DNA of 62,844 bases, counting the filler, from Rhabdomonas costata (lineage: Eukaryota), in the NCBI GenBank assembly GCA_019059605.1. It is 46 parts of 46 records of this genome, joined end to end, with 100 filler letters (N's around TTAATTAATTAA, not from the genome) between each part and the next. Parts side by side here need not be neighbours in the genome. Positions count along the whole stretch, not along the records: positions 13,693 to 14,961 come from JAHMHO010021247.1; positions 15,062 to 16,330 come from JAHMHO010021248.1; positions 16,431 to 17,699 come from JAHMHO010021249.1; positions 17,800 to 19,064 come from JAHMHO010021250.1; positions 19,165 to 20,433 come from JAHMHO010021251.1; positions 20,534 to 21,801 come from JAHMHO010021252.1; positions 21,902 to 23,170 come from JAHMHO010021253.1; positions 23,271 to 24,539 come from JAHMHO010021254.1; 38 more parts are not named here. One strand, written 5' to 3'. The first letter of the stretch is position 1. Every line of letters begins with the position of its first letter. Shown piece by piece: positions 13,692 through 25,662 of the stretch. The position numbers were made by a program, and so were the translations under genes. The notes under the pieces are model-generated. The model ran no database searches, was not told the DNA's origin, and saw only the letters and a program-made list of their open reading frames with translations.

Positions 13692-14961
13692 NCGGGTGCA
13701 AACTTCGTCGGCTCCACAGTGGTGTCGATGACCAGCGGGGTGGCTTGGATTTCGGGGGCGTTCGTGAAGAGCTCCGCAGGGCTGTACACGGTGAGCCTGA
13801 CGTGCCCCAACTTCACGGCGTTCCAGATGAGCCTTTCGATCATCCAAGGCTCCCCCACGGCTCTGCGGATTGTGGTACCGCCGTACACCTACAACCACAA
13901 CCGCGGTGTGTGTGTGGGAGGGGATGCTCGTGAGTGTGCAGGTGCGGATGTATGGACCTGCTGTTGTTTGCGCTATGGTGGTCCGCTAGGAAGCCATTAT
14001 GGTGGAAATTTGCGTGTCGAATTTGCTTTATGGATATCAATAAACCACAGGGGGGGCTGAGCAGGGCAAGCGCACTGGGGGGCCCTCTTCCCCCAGAAAT
14101 TTTCATATTTTGTGACATTTCGAGCGGTGAAAATGCGTAAACGGGCTTCCTGCACACCACAGTTCCGCTTGGAGCCAGTAATCCTGACATGGATACAGAA
14201 CAGGTGGAGAGCAGATGCCCAAGGGGAGCTTCACCGCATGCACACCCTCCTACCTTCCTCCGCCCAAACAGGGCAACTACCGATGCAGCCCGTGGTGCAA
14301 GTTGTGGATCTCGCGGCCAACGTGGTCCCCAACAGCGCGGTTACCCTGATCAACGCCACCATTAACCCTGTGCCGCTCTACGCCACGGGGACCGTCGTGA
14401 ACGTCAGCCTTGGAACGGTTTCCCTTTGTTGCTCGGAATGAGTGAAGTGGAGCGAGATCAGATTCACGTAGATCGGGTGGGAGGAGGGAAGGGGCGTGTG
14501 GGAATCATGCGGTGGGCTCGTCAGCGTCGAGAACAGGGCGAAGCTCCCTGTGAAGGGACTGGAGCGGAAAAAGAGTCATTGCAACGAACCTGTTTGTTCG
14601 TTTGTTTGGGTGGGGGCTGCTATGGACGCGGACCCCAAAGAAGGCAGGGTTTCCGACCCCTGGGATTCAAATCGGGTTGCAGCAAAGAACATCATCGAAG
14701 AAACACGTTCCAAGCTTGGTGTCATTGTCAGCAAGCTGGGATTCATGACGTTGAGCCTTATGGCTGCTTCAACCATGTATTGTAGACCCTCTCCTCTGGC
14801 CGTGGTCCCTCAGGCTGCAAGGCCCCCATCGTCTTCACCGCACTGGAATGAGCCCCATGCGGACGTTCTCAGCTTTGCGGTAAAATTCGCCCCCCTCCCT
14901 TACACTCAGGGCTTGTACGAGAACTTACTCTTCGTCGGAGTTGTAGGGAGCGCGTACACCA
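13692..14961 (+). CDS. Large secreted/surface protein with Ig-like beta-sandwich repeats, 3 exons
   Basis: Exons 13692-13905, 14272-14417 and 14910-14961 join in phase via GT-AG. Motifs GLYTVSLT, PMQPVVQVVDLAANVV and LLFVGVVGSAYT. Confidence 0.7.
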
Positions 14962-15693
14962 NNNNNNNNNNNNNNNNNNNNNNNNNNNNNNNNNNNNNNN
15001 NNNNNTTAATTAATTAANNNNNNNNNNNNNNNNNNNNNNNNNNNNNNNNNNNNNNNNNNNNTGTTTTGGGTCTATATCACGAAGTCGAAGACTGCGGGTA
15101 ATGCGATTTCTCCACACAGAAATGCAGCCTGGAGAAGTTCCGCCGGCACCGGGAAGTCCTGACGGAGCGACGGGTGTGAAACTTGCTGCTGTTTTGGGCA
15201 TATGCGCTCTATTCGGTGCAAATGGAGATGACTCCCTTGAAGCGCACACTGACATATTATTGTTGCTCGAGCACGCATCACAGCTCGTGGTGTCCAAAAG
15301 GTTTTAGCGGACAAGATGTGTAACTGTGTGAACGGTGTTCAATTCAAAGGGTTCCAAGGCAACGGATCTGGCATGTCGCGGAAGGGATTGGGGGTTGGTT
15401 CTTTTGTTCGAGGGTCAGTCCAATTGCATAATCCCATTATCTTTCATATGTTTATAATTTTGATTACACCTACATTGGTTTTCTTTATGCCCCTTGCGTC
15501 ACACGCTCGCTTTTGCTTAAAATTTAGCTCGAGAGTGAATGTAAGTCTTACTGGGTGCAAATACTTTCAACTTCACGTACAGTCACAGGTACATGCATGG
15601 CCTTACATGGGGGCTTCCTTTCATGTTCTCGTGGAAATTATTCTACCCCTGCTACACTGGGCCCCTTCCCTCTCTCTGCCCTTATTTGGTTAG

Positions 15694-16330
15694 GCCCCAG
15701 CTGGCGAAGAAGACGCCATTGTGGCCCGTGCGGAGGCGTTCCTGAGCTGTCGTGTGGGCTTCCACGTCTGGCACAACGATTGCAAGCAGCTGGCGTACAG
15801 CTGCCACGATGCCCACACCACCCCCCTCTCTGACTTTAGCTCCTTCCTCCAAAAGAAGTCCTCCGAGGCCACGCAGTGCTCCCGGGACGTCGTCCTGGGG
15901 GGCCTGTGCTCGCTCACCTCCGTGGCCACTGGGGTCGCCCGCCTCGCCGTCCGGGGTCTGGCACTGCCATCTGTGCCAGAGAGCAGTGCCAGCGACACTA
16001 GTGGCGTCTTAGGAAGTATTATCCCTCCGCTGTCTATCGCGGCACCTGCTGAGAGTTCAGAGCCCCAGTCATTCGCGGGGCAATCGCAGAGCTCTTCTTC
16101 TTCGGTGGAAGGGTTCCGTCACGATCTGTCGGCAACCAGTGCCGGGGAGAATCAGTTGGAGCACGGAGTGGAGACCGTCTCAGGGTCCCTCTCGGAAGGC
16201 AGTGCCCACGATGAAAGCGAACAGCTGGAGGCTGGGGTGCCGAAGGCGGAGGATAGGATGAAACAGGCTGAGGATGGACATGGCCTGGAGGAGTCTCGGG
16301 CATTTTCTCCGGAGAAAATGCCCAACACAA
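15694..16330 (+). CDS. Exon of unknown protein (probable upstream exon 15062-15300)
   Basis: Pyrimidine tract and AG, then an open frame of >200 codons with GC3 bias. Confidence 0.6.
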
Positions 16331-16519
16331 NNNNNNNNNNNNNNNNNNNNNNNNNNNNNNNNNNNNNNNNNNNNTTAATTAATTAANNNNNNNNNNNNNN
16401 NNNNNNNNNNNNNNNNNNNNNNNNNNNNNNTGCACGCTAATTCCCGCCCATTCGACTGGATGCTGCATTCCTTTTGCCCCACTTTCGAGGGATACTGCGT
16501 TTTCTTACTTTCTCTGTCC

Positions 16520-16593
16520 GTCTCTCCCTACTTTATGTCGAGGTTGTTCTTGTGGTGTCTCTCCCTACTTTATGTCGAGGTTGTTCTTGTGGT
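16520..16593 (+). repeat. Perfect 37-bp tandem duplication
   Basis: GTCTCTCCCTACTTTATGTCGAGGTTGTTCTTGTGGT occurs twice in tandem. Confidence 0.95.
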
Positions 16594-16858
16594 GAGTACC
16601 AATCCCGACACACACACACACGTCTTCCACCCTTTTTCTTTGTAATAAATGAAAGCTGAACGTGCCGAGTGCGTAGCGTGACAGAAACGATGAGGCGTCC
16701 TACAGGGTAAACTGCCGGAATGTCCACTCACATGCTTTGCTCTTTCTTCTGTTGTCAGTTGACCACACGTTTCTTGCTTGTTTTTCTTCCAATCACTCAC
16801 GGTTATGTTTGGCAACGGGAATTTGGGCGCCCATTTCTGTCCTCGGCTATGGTCTTAG

Positions 16859-17658
16859 GTATGCCGAGGGTGACCCTGTGGAGAAGTGGCTGAACCAGGT
16901 GCTGTGCATGGACGCCCCCACCCCAACCCCGAAGGGCGCCGCGATCTGCCCTCACCCGGACAAGTGCGAGCTGTACTATGTCAGCCGAGACACGCTGTTT
17001 TCCTTCCACAAGTCTGCGGAGGTCCCAACCCAACCCATCTCTCCCCGCACACGTTTTCTGCTCCGCTGCATGGGGCAAGAAGTGGCAGAAAAAAAGACGA
17101 GAGAGCCGCCAAGGGGCATCACAACTGGTCGATGGGGAAAGTTCAGGAAACGCTGGTCCGGAGGACCGGCTGGCTCATGTCTGCTTCCGCTTAGCGTCGA
17201 AGTTTGTCTTTCAAATTTCCCTCCTCGCCCCTCCTTTCCACTGCAATCAGCTGAACCTTTCTTCCCAGCTTCTCACTTGGCGGAGAGCCAATTGCCTGCC
17301 ACCCTTTTTTTTCCGCTAGAACAAGGGATGGCGTGTGATTTTTATATGCGCTGTTGGCGCCATGGATAAACCCTCCCCTAATCTGCGGAAAGAAGCGTCG
17401 CAAGATTTACATAAAGTAGGAGAGCCGCCAAGGGGCACCGGTGGAATCGGCCGGCACACGTTATTTGACACGGCACGGCACGGCACGGGGCAGGAGTTTC
17501 TGCAGCGGATGATGGCCCTCTACGTCTCTGCGCATTACAAGAACCAGCCCGACGACCTGCAGCTGCTGGGGGACGCACCAGCGCACCACCTGTTCGTGTT
17601 GCTGCCTCCGGTGCTGCCCTCCACGACGCAGATCCCGGAGATCCTCTGCGTGATCCAG
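16859..17658 (+). CDS. NAT10: RNA cytidine acetyltransferase NAT10/Kre33, 2 exons
   Basis: Exons 16859-17021 and 17494-17658 give YAEGDPVEKWLNQVLCMD, CELYYVSRDTLFSFHKSAE|EFLQRMMALYVSAHYKNQPDDLQLLGDAPAHHLFVLL. Confidence 0.95.
17052..17195 (+). repeat. Dispersed ~200-nt repeat family, copy in NAT10 intron
   Basis: CTCCGCTGCATGGGGCAAGAAG...GAGCCGCCAAGGGGCA...GGACCGGC...CTGCTTCCGCTTAGC matches the reverse complement of 42636-42842. Confidence 0.88.
17343..17439 (+). repeat. Dispersed ~200-nt repeat family, second partial copy in NAT10 intron
   Basis: AAACCCTCC...GGAAAGAAGCG..CAAGATTT...GAGCCGCCAAGGGGC is collinear with 49759-49860. Confidence 0.82.
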
Positions 17659-17849
17659 GTTTGCGACCCCTCTCCCCACTCTCCACCCTCCAACCCACCN
17701 NNNNNNNNNNNNNNNNNNNNNNNNNNNNNNNNNNNNNNNNNNNTTAATTAATTAANNNNNNNNNNNNNNNNNNNNNNNNNNNNNNNNNNNNNNNNNNNNG
17801 GTGGGTCACCAAGAACAGGACACTGTTGACAGAAGAATTTTTGCCGAAG

Positions 17850-18600
17850 TAAGGGGAGGTCGACAAGCAATGGAATGAGAGGGAACAACACACGTGAGGT
17901 CAAGGAAAACAGTGAAGAGAATGCGGATAATAGTCAATAGAAGGGAGGTGTTTGGCTGAGCGTGAGAACTGGAAGTAAAGAGACACGAAGTGGAAAGTGG
18001 AAAGTAAAGGCCGGTGGGGGGGGGGCAGCTGTTCTTGAAGGCTTTGGGCAGAAAATTCCACAATCCCAGAGAGAGAGAGAGAGCTTTCCGAGAAGCGGCT
18101 GCCTAGGCGGGCTCCCAGAAGCCGAATCCCACTTTCCCATGGTGTCACGGGGATCTCGCGGGGATTGAGATTGGAAGGGAAATCCGGCGTACAGCCGACA
18201 AGGTGCACTTCCGAAAGTATGCGTTGAGGCCCATGGCTGCACTGTTGTGAAGAGCAGCTGACCTGGGAAAGCTGTGCAGCAGACCTGCAAAGTGTGCCAT
18301 CATCGTGACCACCATGATTGCCATTCGACTAAGCCAACGAGGTGTAGGAGGTTGGGTTGAAGGGCCAGGGTAACGAACGACAGGAGAACAGGCGTCTCCC
18401 TGTTGTGTTCCTTGGCAGGAAAGAATGGTGCTGGCCCCTGTAAGTTGCTTGGCTGGCTGTTGCTTCGAAACCACCCCCTGTTCATAAAAAGTCGCAAGGA
18501 AGGCTTTTTTGGAGGGACGGCGGAACACGGAAGTTCAGCATACCAAACATTAATGTGTAATCATTTTTTCACAACCCTGAAAGAGCTTCATCGGCTCCTG
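17850..18600 (-). mobile_element. Degenerate CRE/SLACS-like non-LTR reverse transcriptase
   Basis: SCQGTQQGDACSP, LALQP, DDGT (YxDD relic), GLNAYFRKC and GIRLLGARLG appear across frameshifts. Confidence 0.8.
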
Positions 18601-21600
18601 TTCTTGATCAAATTGTGGTCCCGCCATGGCCCACCTCAGCTGCTGAACCCGAAAGGGTGCTAAAGCACTGTTTGTGCTTCTTCTCTGCTTTGTTCTGTGC
18701 TCAGGCTCCCGTGGATCCCAGGAAGTACAAGAGTATGCCGTCATCCATACAACCCGCACCTCAAATTCCCCACTCCCCACGCTTTTTCTCCCCATTATTT
18801 ACACAAGAGAGGAGGGCCATGCGATGATGTCCAGGGTCAGAGAGGGATGGGATTTGCGAAAAAAAAAAAAAGAAGAATTAAGGCCAAGATCTGAGCAATG
18901 CTACTGTAAAGGAGTGTTGGGAATGTTTGGGAAGAAGACCGAGTGGAAAAGCAGGAGGGTGTGATGGTAGTGTGAGCAGGTTGCCTGGAGTTCCACAAGG
19001 TCCATGTGTAAGCATCAAGCAGCAAACAGCAGACATCAAACATGTGTGTTGGTGTGTCCGCTTGNNNNNNNNNNNNNNNNNNNNNNNNNNNNNNNNNNNN
19101 NNNNNNNNTTAATTAATTAANNNNNNNNNNNNNNNNNNNNNNNNNNNNNNNNNNNNNNNNNNNNTTTGTTTTTTGTATATTTGTGTTTGACGTGCTGTGC
19201 TGCGTCTGTGTCTTTTCCTGGCCCCCATTTGCTGTGAAGGGGCTCTCTGGGGCTTTTGGGCTTCTATGCAACCCCGCACCCTTTTGGGGGCCGCAGGGCC
19301 CTCGTCGTGTGTGTGTGTGTGTGTGTGTGCTTTGCATGTGGTTTTCTGGTTTTTGCTATCGCAGGGCACGGTGCTCATTTTGCTGCGCTAGTCCAGGCAC
19401 TTCCCGGAATTTATATACTCCCTTGTTCCGCTGCGCTTTCCCACTCGCTCCTTCTCTTGGGATGCGTTTTGGCCTGTTCCCAGAGATACTTCCTTAGTCC
19501 AAACCCTTGCTCGATGACGAGCACGTGGACGCGGCCGGCGGAATGGTCGAGTGCGTCACCAATGTTGTGTGTGTTGCAGAAGCAGTGCACCATAGTCATC
19601 GTATTTGCTCTGTGCACTCTCTCTGTGCTGCTTTTATTCATGCCTCCTTCCCTCCCTGGTTGCTTCGTGGTGAAGATGCCCCTGGCAGGCGTTGTTCAGT
19701 TCCTGGCTGCTGTGTGGTCCCGTTGTTTTCCATGTGTGATTGAACCTGCCCAGACCCAATAGATTTTTCGTGTGCTGAATTTCCGTGACATCGGTTTCCT
19801 TTGCGCCTTTTTGGCTTTTGCGCCCCCGTCGCTTTTGAAGGAAAGCCTTCAGGACAGCGAATTTTTCTCGCTCAAAAATACAAGAGCCCTTGACATGACA
19901 AGTACCTAATCCATGAATGAACCAAAACCCGGCCTCTCAAGGGAGGGAGGGGGAGTCCAGATGACCAAAATCAGGACTTTCAAGGTCACACGCACGCACT
20001 GGGAGCCAACCTACCAAGAGAGAGCTTTTACGTACGCGGGCACGCACACGTACGCGATGCGCACGCGCACTGGGACACGATCTTAGGTGCTGAGCTGGGA
20101 GGGCCCTGCTCAGCAAAAAATACATTAAGCAATCACTGGTGCACTTTTTCATCATTGCAAAACTGTTTCGTTTGTTTGTTTCTCCGCACTTTTTGCTCGT
20201 GGCAGCCCCTTCCCTTCATTCTTTTCCACTGCTCCTTCGGCGATGTGCAATCCGCATAGGCATTGTCTGGTTATCGCTCGCGTTCACGACTGCTGCACAG
20301 ACTCGAATCTCCGCTCTGGCAGCTTCGCACCATCTTTTGCCTTGCTGCCCTTTTTGTCTGCCATGTAGGTTCTGTTCTATCCTTTGACGAGCTTTCACTT
20401 TTTATTTCAAATCTTCTGGGCCTCCTGCGCACCNNNNNNNNNNNNNNNNNNNNNNNNNNNNNNNNNNNNNNNNNNNNTTAATTAATTAANNNNNNNNNNN
20501 NNNNNNNNNNNNNNNNNNNNNNNNNNNNNNNNNTTCATTCCCCGTACGGAACTGTCATTCACGGTGTAACTGAACCTGGGTGGTTGGCAGGGTCGTCGAG
20601 GGGTGGATGAGAACTTCTTCCCACTTTCCATTTTTGCGTGAGGACTTTGCCCTTTTCCAACTGAATGAAAATAAATTCCAGCTGAGTAGGGCCACCCTGG
20701 ACGTAACTTGGAAAGGCTGACTTGGACGGAGGCTCCGCCTGCACTCCCCACACCCTGCATCTGCACGGCGTGTGTCAGCAAAGCAGCGAACTTCCGATGT
20801 AATCCGCTGAAAATGCTGAATGTTCAAATATCGCGGTGGACGCTTATATTTGTCGAACTCTCAAATGTAGATGGGAAGCTTATGGTAAAAAAAACTCCAT
20901 GAAAACTGCTCCGCAAAAATACTCGACGTGTGGCTCTAAAGGCACTTCTCTCTCTTTTCTGGGCACAGTTTTTGGCAATTGGAAACATCACTAAGCCCGG
21001 TATGTGGCGTTTCCAAAACACACTCATTGCTGTAGAACCCCCCCCCCCGAAAAAAAGAAAGAAGGCACAGAAAGGTAATGCAAGTGTCTCATTTTGGCAC
21101 GCAGTGGCGCACACAGTAGGTTATAGCTTCCACTCTTTGGGTGGTGTGGAAGAATATTCGCTTCTGCTTCATATGTGCTGTAGTTGCTTTCACAAAACCT
21201 TGCGGCCCTGCACACGGCATACCAAAGAAGTGCTGTCCCCATGCTCAGGGATAAATTGGAACACCTCTCGACCTTTTTCTGGGGTGATTACTTTTTCGTC
21301 TCAGGCTCCCCGAATGGAAGTTGGGGAGGGGGATAACAGAAAACTTATAACTCCTGCTAAATTAAATTTCTAATACGGTCACGTAAAACTTGCCAGCACT
21401 CTCGAAAGGACTTACTTTTGTGTCAGGGGTTGGGTATGCTTTGCCAGTACTCCCAAGATGAGTGTTTTCCCTAAAATTACTTCTGGCTAACTGCTCGCCG
21501 ATGGCTGGGATATGGCCGACGAGTAGGACAGCATTAGTTTAGAGACAAAGGCCAGCGGCGCGGCAGACGGATGGCTGGGGCGGGATCGTGATCTGGGGGG

Positions 21601-23468
21601 CCTTCAAAGGCCTCTTGAAAGTTGCTCCCATGGAAAAACTGTTAGTACCGGTGACGATTACCAGAGGTATCCGTCCCTCGGTTTCCCGCATATCTGGAGG
21701 CATCGAGATATTCCAAAAAAAAACGACCTGACCAGAGGTCTGAAGGTAGTTGTAAATGGGAAAAGGTTTTCTTGTTATCCATAAATCCCCTACCCCCCAC
21801 ANNNNNNNNNNNNNNNNNNNNNNNNNNNNNNNNNNNNNNNNNNNNTTAATTAATTAANNNNNNNNNNNNNNNNNNNNNNNNNNNNNNNNNNNNNNNNNNN
21901 NTTGTTTGTGTGTCTGAACATAGCAAAACGGTCTGCCACGCACAGGGACGTGCATTCCCTCTCGCAATATTTACCGTTCAAATGACCACACCTGCAGATA
22001 CGTACACGCGCACACGCCTACGAGGTGGAGGAAATTCAGCGGAAGGTAGAGCCTGCAAGGCAACAGTTGAGTAATGTGCTGTCACGGCAGATCCTGCGGA
22101 TCCACCATCAGCTGAATGTGGCTCACATCAGTCCTCAGCCGTGCGCTTTGCCATTCTTCCAATTTTTCTGGGGTTTGGGTGTGATGGAAGGGTCTGTGCG
22201 GGTGTCTGACCTGACCACAGTTGGTCCCAAACAGTGAAGCAGTTTGGGCAGAACTAGCTGGCATTGCTAGGACTTATGCATGTGCTAGCCTCAGGTCAAA
22301 CAAAGACAGCGTGTGCACACCCACCGTTCGCGTTAAAGGTGTATCTCGGGACGATTTTGGGACCGTTTAGTGGCGGGGCCCTGCTAAAAGGGCTTCAGAT
22401 TAGCCCGCATCTCTTCCAAGCCAGACAAACAGTGAGCGAAGTTCAGTGCTTTGACTTTTGGAAGACGCATGAGCTGCTGGTTGTGAGGCCTGGTGCGGAC
22501 GATACGTTTCTCCGGTTTCCCGTTTTTATGGATGTGACAGTCTTGTGCTTGTCTCTGTGCACACCTGTGCTCGCCTTCAATCCCACAGCTTGCCGGAGTT
22601 CTGAGCACGCCCTACGTGCTGTGGTTCACCATCCCTCACCACAGCCAGGACATCGTGGACTTTCTGCACCGCTGCACGGTCTCGCAGGAGCTGCCCCACA
22701 CCGCGGCCCTGGCACACTTCTGCGCACCCTTCGATACGAGCTCTGTTGAAGGAGAGGGGGTCCTCTAAAGCAACTGTCCCACTGCTCTCCCCTCTTCTTC
22801 CCCTTTTGCCCCCATACGAAGGGAAGTCACGCGCGGCATGTGTGAGGGGACCTGATGTAAAAATGTATTTTTGGTGTCGAGCGCGGACCTGCTCGCGCGC
22901 TCCGGTAATGCTGAAGCTGTGTGTTCTATGCCCTTCACCCACAGTCATACATTTCTCTGAGCACCAGCAAGGAGTCAAAAACCAAATTGACAGGAGAGAA
23001 GGCAGCCCGGCACCTGCGGACTGAGGCCAGAGTGGCCAGCAGCAGCAGCGGTGCACCTGCACCTGCTTCAGCTCATTGAGACAAGCAGCGGCAGGGGAAG
23101 GAGGTCGAGGAATGGCCTCGCAGAAGACGTGACGAACACGGCAACGACAGTCGCAACAGTAACAAACCACNNNNNNNNNNNNNNNNNNNNNNNNNNNNNN
23201 NNNNNNNNNNNNNNTTAATTAATTAANNNNNNNNNNNNNNNNNNNNNNNNNNNNNNNNNNNNNNNNNNNNGCATCGCTTCAGCATGAACAGCAGCCACCA
23301 CCATTGCCACAGCCTGTGGGAGAAGGGGCCAAAGGAGCTCTGCCAGCACAACGCTCAACGCTCAACGCTGCAACTACGGAACGCAAAGGTGGTACTAAAC
23401 ATCTTGGCTCAGGCAGGCGACGACGCGGAACGGGATCAACGGGAAACATCTAATACAGGCCTGGTCAA

Positions 23469-23624
23469 AGCACATGCTTTTTCCCTCAGCACTCGATCCT
23501 AGGCAGACATCTATGCTGGTGTGATATGCGTTATAGGGTGCTGAGGGAAAAAGCACATGCTTTTTCCCTCAGCACTCGATCCTAGGCAGACATCTATGCT
23601 GGTGTGATATGCGTTATAGGGTGC
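23469..23624 (+). repeat. Direct duplication of ~74 bp with short inverted junction
   Basis: AAGCACATGCTTTTTCCCTCAGCAC...GTTATAGGGTGC occurs twice. The junction TGAGGGAAAAAGCA is the reverse complement of the unit start. Confidence 0.9.
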
Positions 23625-23816
23625 AGACGTCTCTATCTCTATCTTTTTCTGATGGAAACAACCAATGAAACCAGCAAAGCACAGGGGTAAGGGAGGCATG
23701 TTCTGGAGGTCCCTGCCGCGATCCCCTACTCTTTGAAAGCACTCTTTATCCATCCCATCCCATCCCATCCCATCCTGTCAAATCGCACAGCAAACGGGGT
23801 GTTCTATGGAGCACAC

Positions 23817-24409
23817 CCGGCGAGATGCAGCCTGTCCTGGAACACGAACATCGCCCGCACAGTTCCCCACCACCTCGCGGAGATCTCCTCCGCCGGAGAC
23901 CTGTTAGAACACAATAAGAGAGGAGAGCAGATACCCAAAGCGAAAGACCCCAGGAGAAGGGTTAGGGCAGGTAGAGACAGAGAAAGTCACCAGCGACCTA
24001 AAGGCAGCACAGCACACGCCTGTACTGTTACTGCTTTTTGAAGGGGGACAGGGTTAGGGTAAGGGTTAGGATTCCCTGCATGACGAAGACCCTTGTCAAC
24101 TTGTCAGCAAGCTGGCGCTTCTCAAAAGAAAGGAATTCCCTGCACCCTTGCACAGGGGGGCACGTCCTGGCTCGCACGCGGATGAAGAATCCAACTTGCA
24201 CACCAGGAGCCGCGGAGGTACCGGAAGAAGCGCCCCGCGCGGCCCACCACAGTGGTGTTGTACTGAGTGGTGAAGAAGAGCGTGCGGCCGGCGAAGGCCG
24301 CGGCCTTGGCGTAGCGTGCCTCCCTCCCGACCAGCTCCGACAGCACCACTTCGGGGCTCTGGTTGTCATAGATGTACATCAGGGACCGCGCATTGGTGAA
24401 GAAGCCCAC
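23817..24409 (-). CDS. Unknown protein, possibly beta-propeller, 2 exons
   Basis: Exons 24409-24204 and 23900-23817 join in phase (TG|G Trp) via GT-AG: ...RFFRYLRGSW|SPAEEISARWWGTVRAMFVFQDRLHLAG. Confidence 0.7.
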
Positions 24410-25533
24410 CTAAAAAAAGAGGACAGAGAAGGCGCGTGACGGCAACGGTGGGAAGCACAAACACATGGACATTGTGTTCGCAGTGCTGTGCTACACGTGG
24501 AAAAGGCTGGTCGGCGATGCTCCGGCTATAACCCCCCCCNNNNNNNNNNNNNNNNNNNNNNNNNNNNNNNNNNNNNNNNNNNNTTAATTAATTAANNNNN
24601 NNNNNNNNNNNNNNNNNNNNNNNNNNNNNNNNNNNNNNNGGGGGTGGTGGGAACAAGAGTGGAAAATTTTGCATCCCACCGGTTCCAAAATTTTCCACTC
24701 TTGTTCCCTCCAGTTTCACTCGCGGCTACCTGGACACTACGCTTATGAGCGCCGTTGATTGCCCGATCTGCCCCGAGGTGGCAGGCTTTGATAGACAGCC
24801 GGGCCGTCCATTAGGGAAAACAATTACACGGGACCCTTGGGTTGATTTTTCCCCCGCACAATGGCCCCTACCTGCAAAGCTCGAAGGACAGTCGCCGTCC
24901 GCCCAGTCCCAAAGGGAACTTCTTCTCTCGAACTGCTTTTTCTCGCGTGGAGCTCCTCCGTCTGCAGTGTTATCCCCGTGCCCCTAAACAGGCACAGAGG
25001 CTCATCCTCGGAATTGCTGTCAACGTTTTTCTTCCCAGTCTACCGAGTGTGAACGGGCTCACCCTCTTGTTCGTTTGTCACCATGATCCTTTGGGCATAC
25101 GGGCATTATGGGGATCCTCCCCTCTTTCGAGTGCTTTTCGGGACCCCCCCCCGTTTTCGGTGCGTTTTACGGACCCAAGGTATGGATGTATTGAGAGGGT
25201 GTATTGTTGCGGAGGACCCCCACACACACACACACACATGCATACAAGCACGTGTATCGCCACCTAGCCCCCTGCGAAACCTTCTATCTTGTCCTAGGGT
25301 ACACGTGCATAGGTGGACGAGACCTGCGTCCTGTAGGGTCCCCAAAATGCCCCAGCGCCGGCGGTGAGGTGATCGTTTCTTTTTGTTTACTTACTCCGTA
25401 TGGGTGAAGGCCACATTGCCCTGCCCAGATTTCGCGACTGTCGCGATTGCTGTTCTTCCCTTTCATTATTACTTTTTCTTTCTTTTGTTTGTCATATGGA
25501 GCCCCTGGGCTTTGGGGACTCCGCATTTGTTAG

Positions 25534-25662
25534 CGAGGTTCTGCACCGCACGCTGCGGCGCAAGAACCGCGAGATCGCTATGCTGCAGGCCCAGCTGCGG
25601 GACATGGCGGAGCAGCTGCAGCAGCTCTCCGCAGCCCGGCCCCCTCAGGGCGGACTGGCGAG
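25534..25662 (+). CDS. Coiled-coil exon of unknown protein
   Basis: AG|..|GT boundaries and strong GC3. EVLHRTLRRKNREIAMLQAQLRDMAEQLQQL. Confidence 0.65.

Noticed and set aside
21998-22680. Multi-exon gene with 45-nt intron and helicase-like DFLHR
   Set aside because: The candidate exons do not join in phase, so the model is unsupported.
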